From: Convolutriloba macropyga
Taxonomy: Eukaryota
Assembly: GCF_964194025.1 (NCBI RefSeq)
Contig: NC_134470.1
Span: forward strand, 65,286,001-65,350,000
Direction of reading: 5' to 3'
DNA: 64,000 nucleotides
Made by a program: the position numbers and the translations under genes. Position 1 is the stretch's first letter. The number at the start of each line of letters is the position of its first letter. Below the pieces are notes generated by a model. That model was given only the letters and a program-made list of their open reading frames with translations, ran no database searches and had not been told where the DNA came from. Below, piece by piece: positions 63,244 through 64,000 of this stretch.

Positions 63244-64000
63244 TTCTCCTCGATTCCACTCACTCATCAAAAGAAAAATATAAAATGAAGGAAGTTTTTC
63301 TGAGACCTTGGAACCCGATTCAAATAGACCAGCTGTTGCTGAGTTTAATTCATTGATCATTGACTCATATTCTTTCAAAAATAACAAGGTCTTCGTCACA
63401 CTATTTATTTTTTATCAGAAATTTTAACCAAATCTGGTCCATTAGACAATTTGAGCCAATGTTTTTAATTATTGTTGGCCCAAAATAATATTCGCATGAT
63501 CTTTCAAATGAGTTACGTAGCAGAAGGTCTGATAGCTCAGAGCTGTTTTAATCAATTCTAATTTTATACTTTTCTCCTTTTGTTACTTTTCCCGGAAGTT
63601 CTATTTCAAGGGTACTTCAGTCAATAATGTTGAAACAACCTCGGTGCAGAAAGTTTTATTGTAGAAAACGTCATAGCTGCGAAACACAAAATCTAGAACG
63701 AGAATTCTGACCGATTTTTACATTACACGTCTTAACCTTTTTCAACATTTAAGCCAAGAAAAATAGTTCCAAATTCCATTGCTATCATTAATTAGCAATT
63801 TTCAACACATTTTATATCAGACGACCACAAAATTTAGTTTTGTTCAAAAAAATTAACAATCAATGATGTAATCTAATTAGGGAAAAGTTTTCATGGTAGG
63901 TTACACATGTTTTACAAGAACAGTCTTAAACTTGAAATCCATCATACATTCAAAATTCACTAATTTCGCAATTTTTTTTTTAACCTTCTTTCAATTATAC

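Noticed and set aside
59858-63400. Possible exons of another minus-strand gene (~63310-63400, 60120-60192, ~60000-60025)
   Set aside because: Splice-like signals exist, but there is no recognisable homology and the exon chain is ambiguous
1-64000. CRISPR arrays, rRNA genes or bacterial operons
   Set aside because: None seen; the window is eukaryotic, with spliceosomal introns, and the repeats lack repeat-spacer structure

Overview
AT-rich eukaryotic (most likely invertebrate animal) genomic DNA with spliced genes, dispersed repeats and a 200-N scaffold gap. The main feature is a complete 12,617-bp Polinton/Maverick (adintovirus-like) element at 25613-38229. It has AGTAGT...ACTACT ends, a 6-bp GGACGT target-site duplication and ~1.17-kb terminal inverted repeats (TIRs), and it sits in intron 1 of the host NIP7 gene. 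It carries the virion-morphogenesis module (A32-like ATPase, penton, frameshifted major capsid protein, adenain protease, putative membrane-active proteins) and a retroviral-type integrase, but no protein-primed DNA polymerase B. Each end is instead a ~235-nt near-perfect hairpin, and the right arm encodes a PC4-like protein plus a protein whose motifs align by eye with Rep_2-type HUH endonucleases. This suggests, by inference, a polymerase-less Polinton with hairpin-based or helper-dependent replication. Host genes, all on the minus strand: a highly diverged Smoothened-like receptor (3 exons reconstructed), a coiled-coil protein with a CEP290-like C-terminus, NIP7 (3 exons) and GALM (5 exons). 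Two families of Helentron-type non-autonomous elements, a LINE remnant and several 0.2-1 kb tandem duplications fill the rest. All homology calls were made by eye, without database searches.
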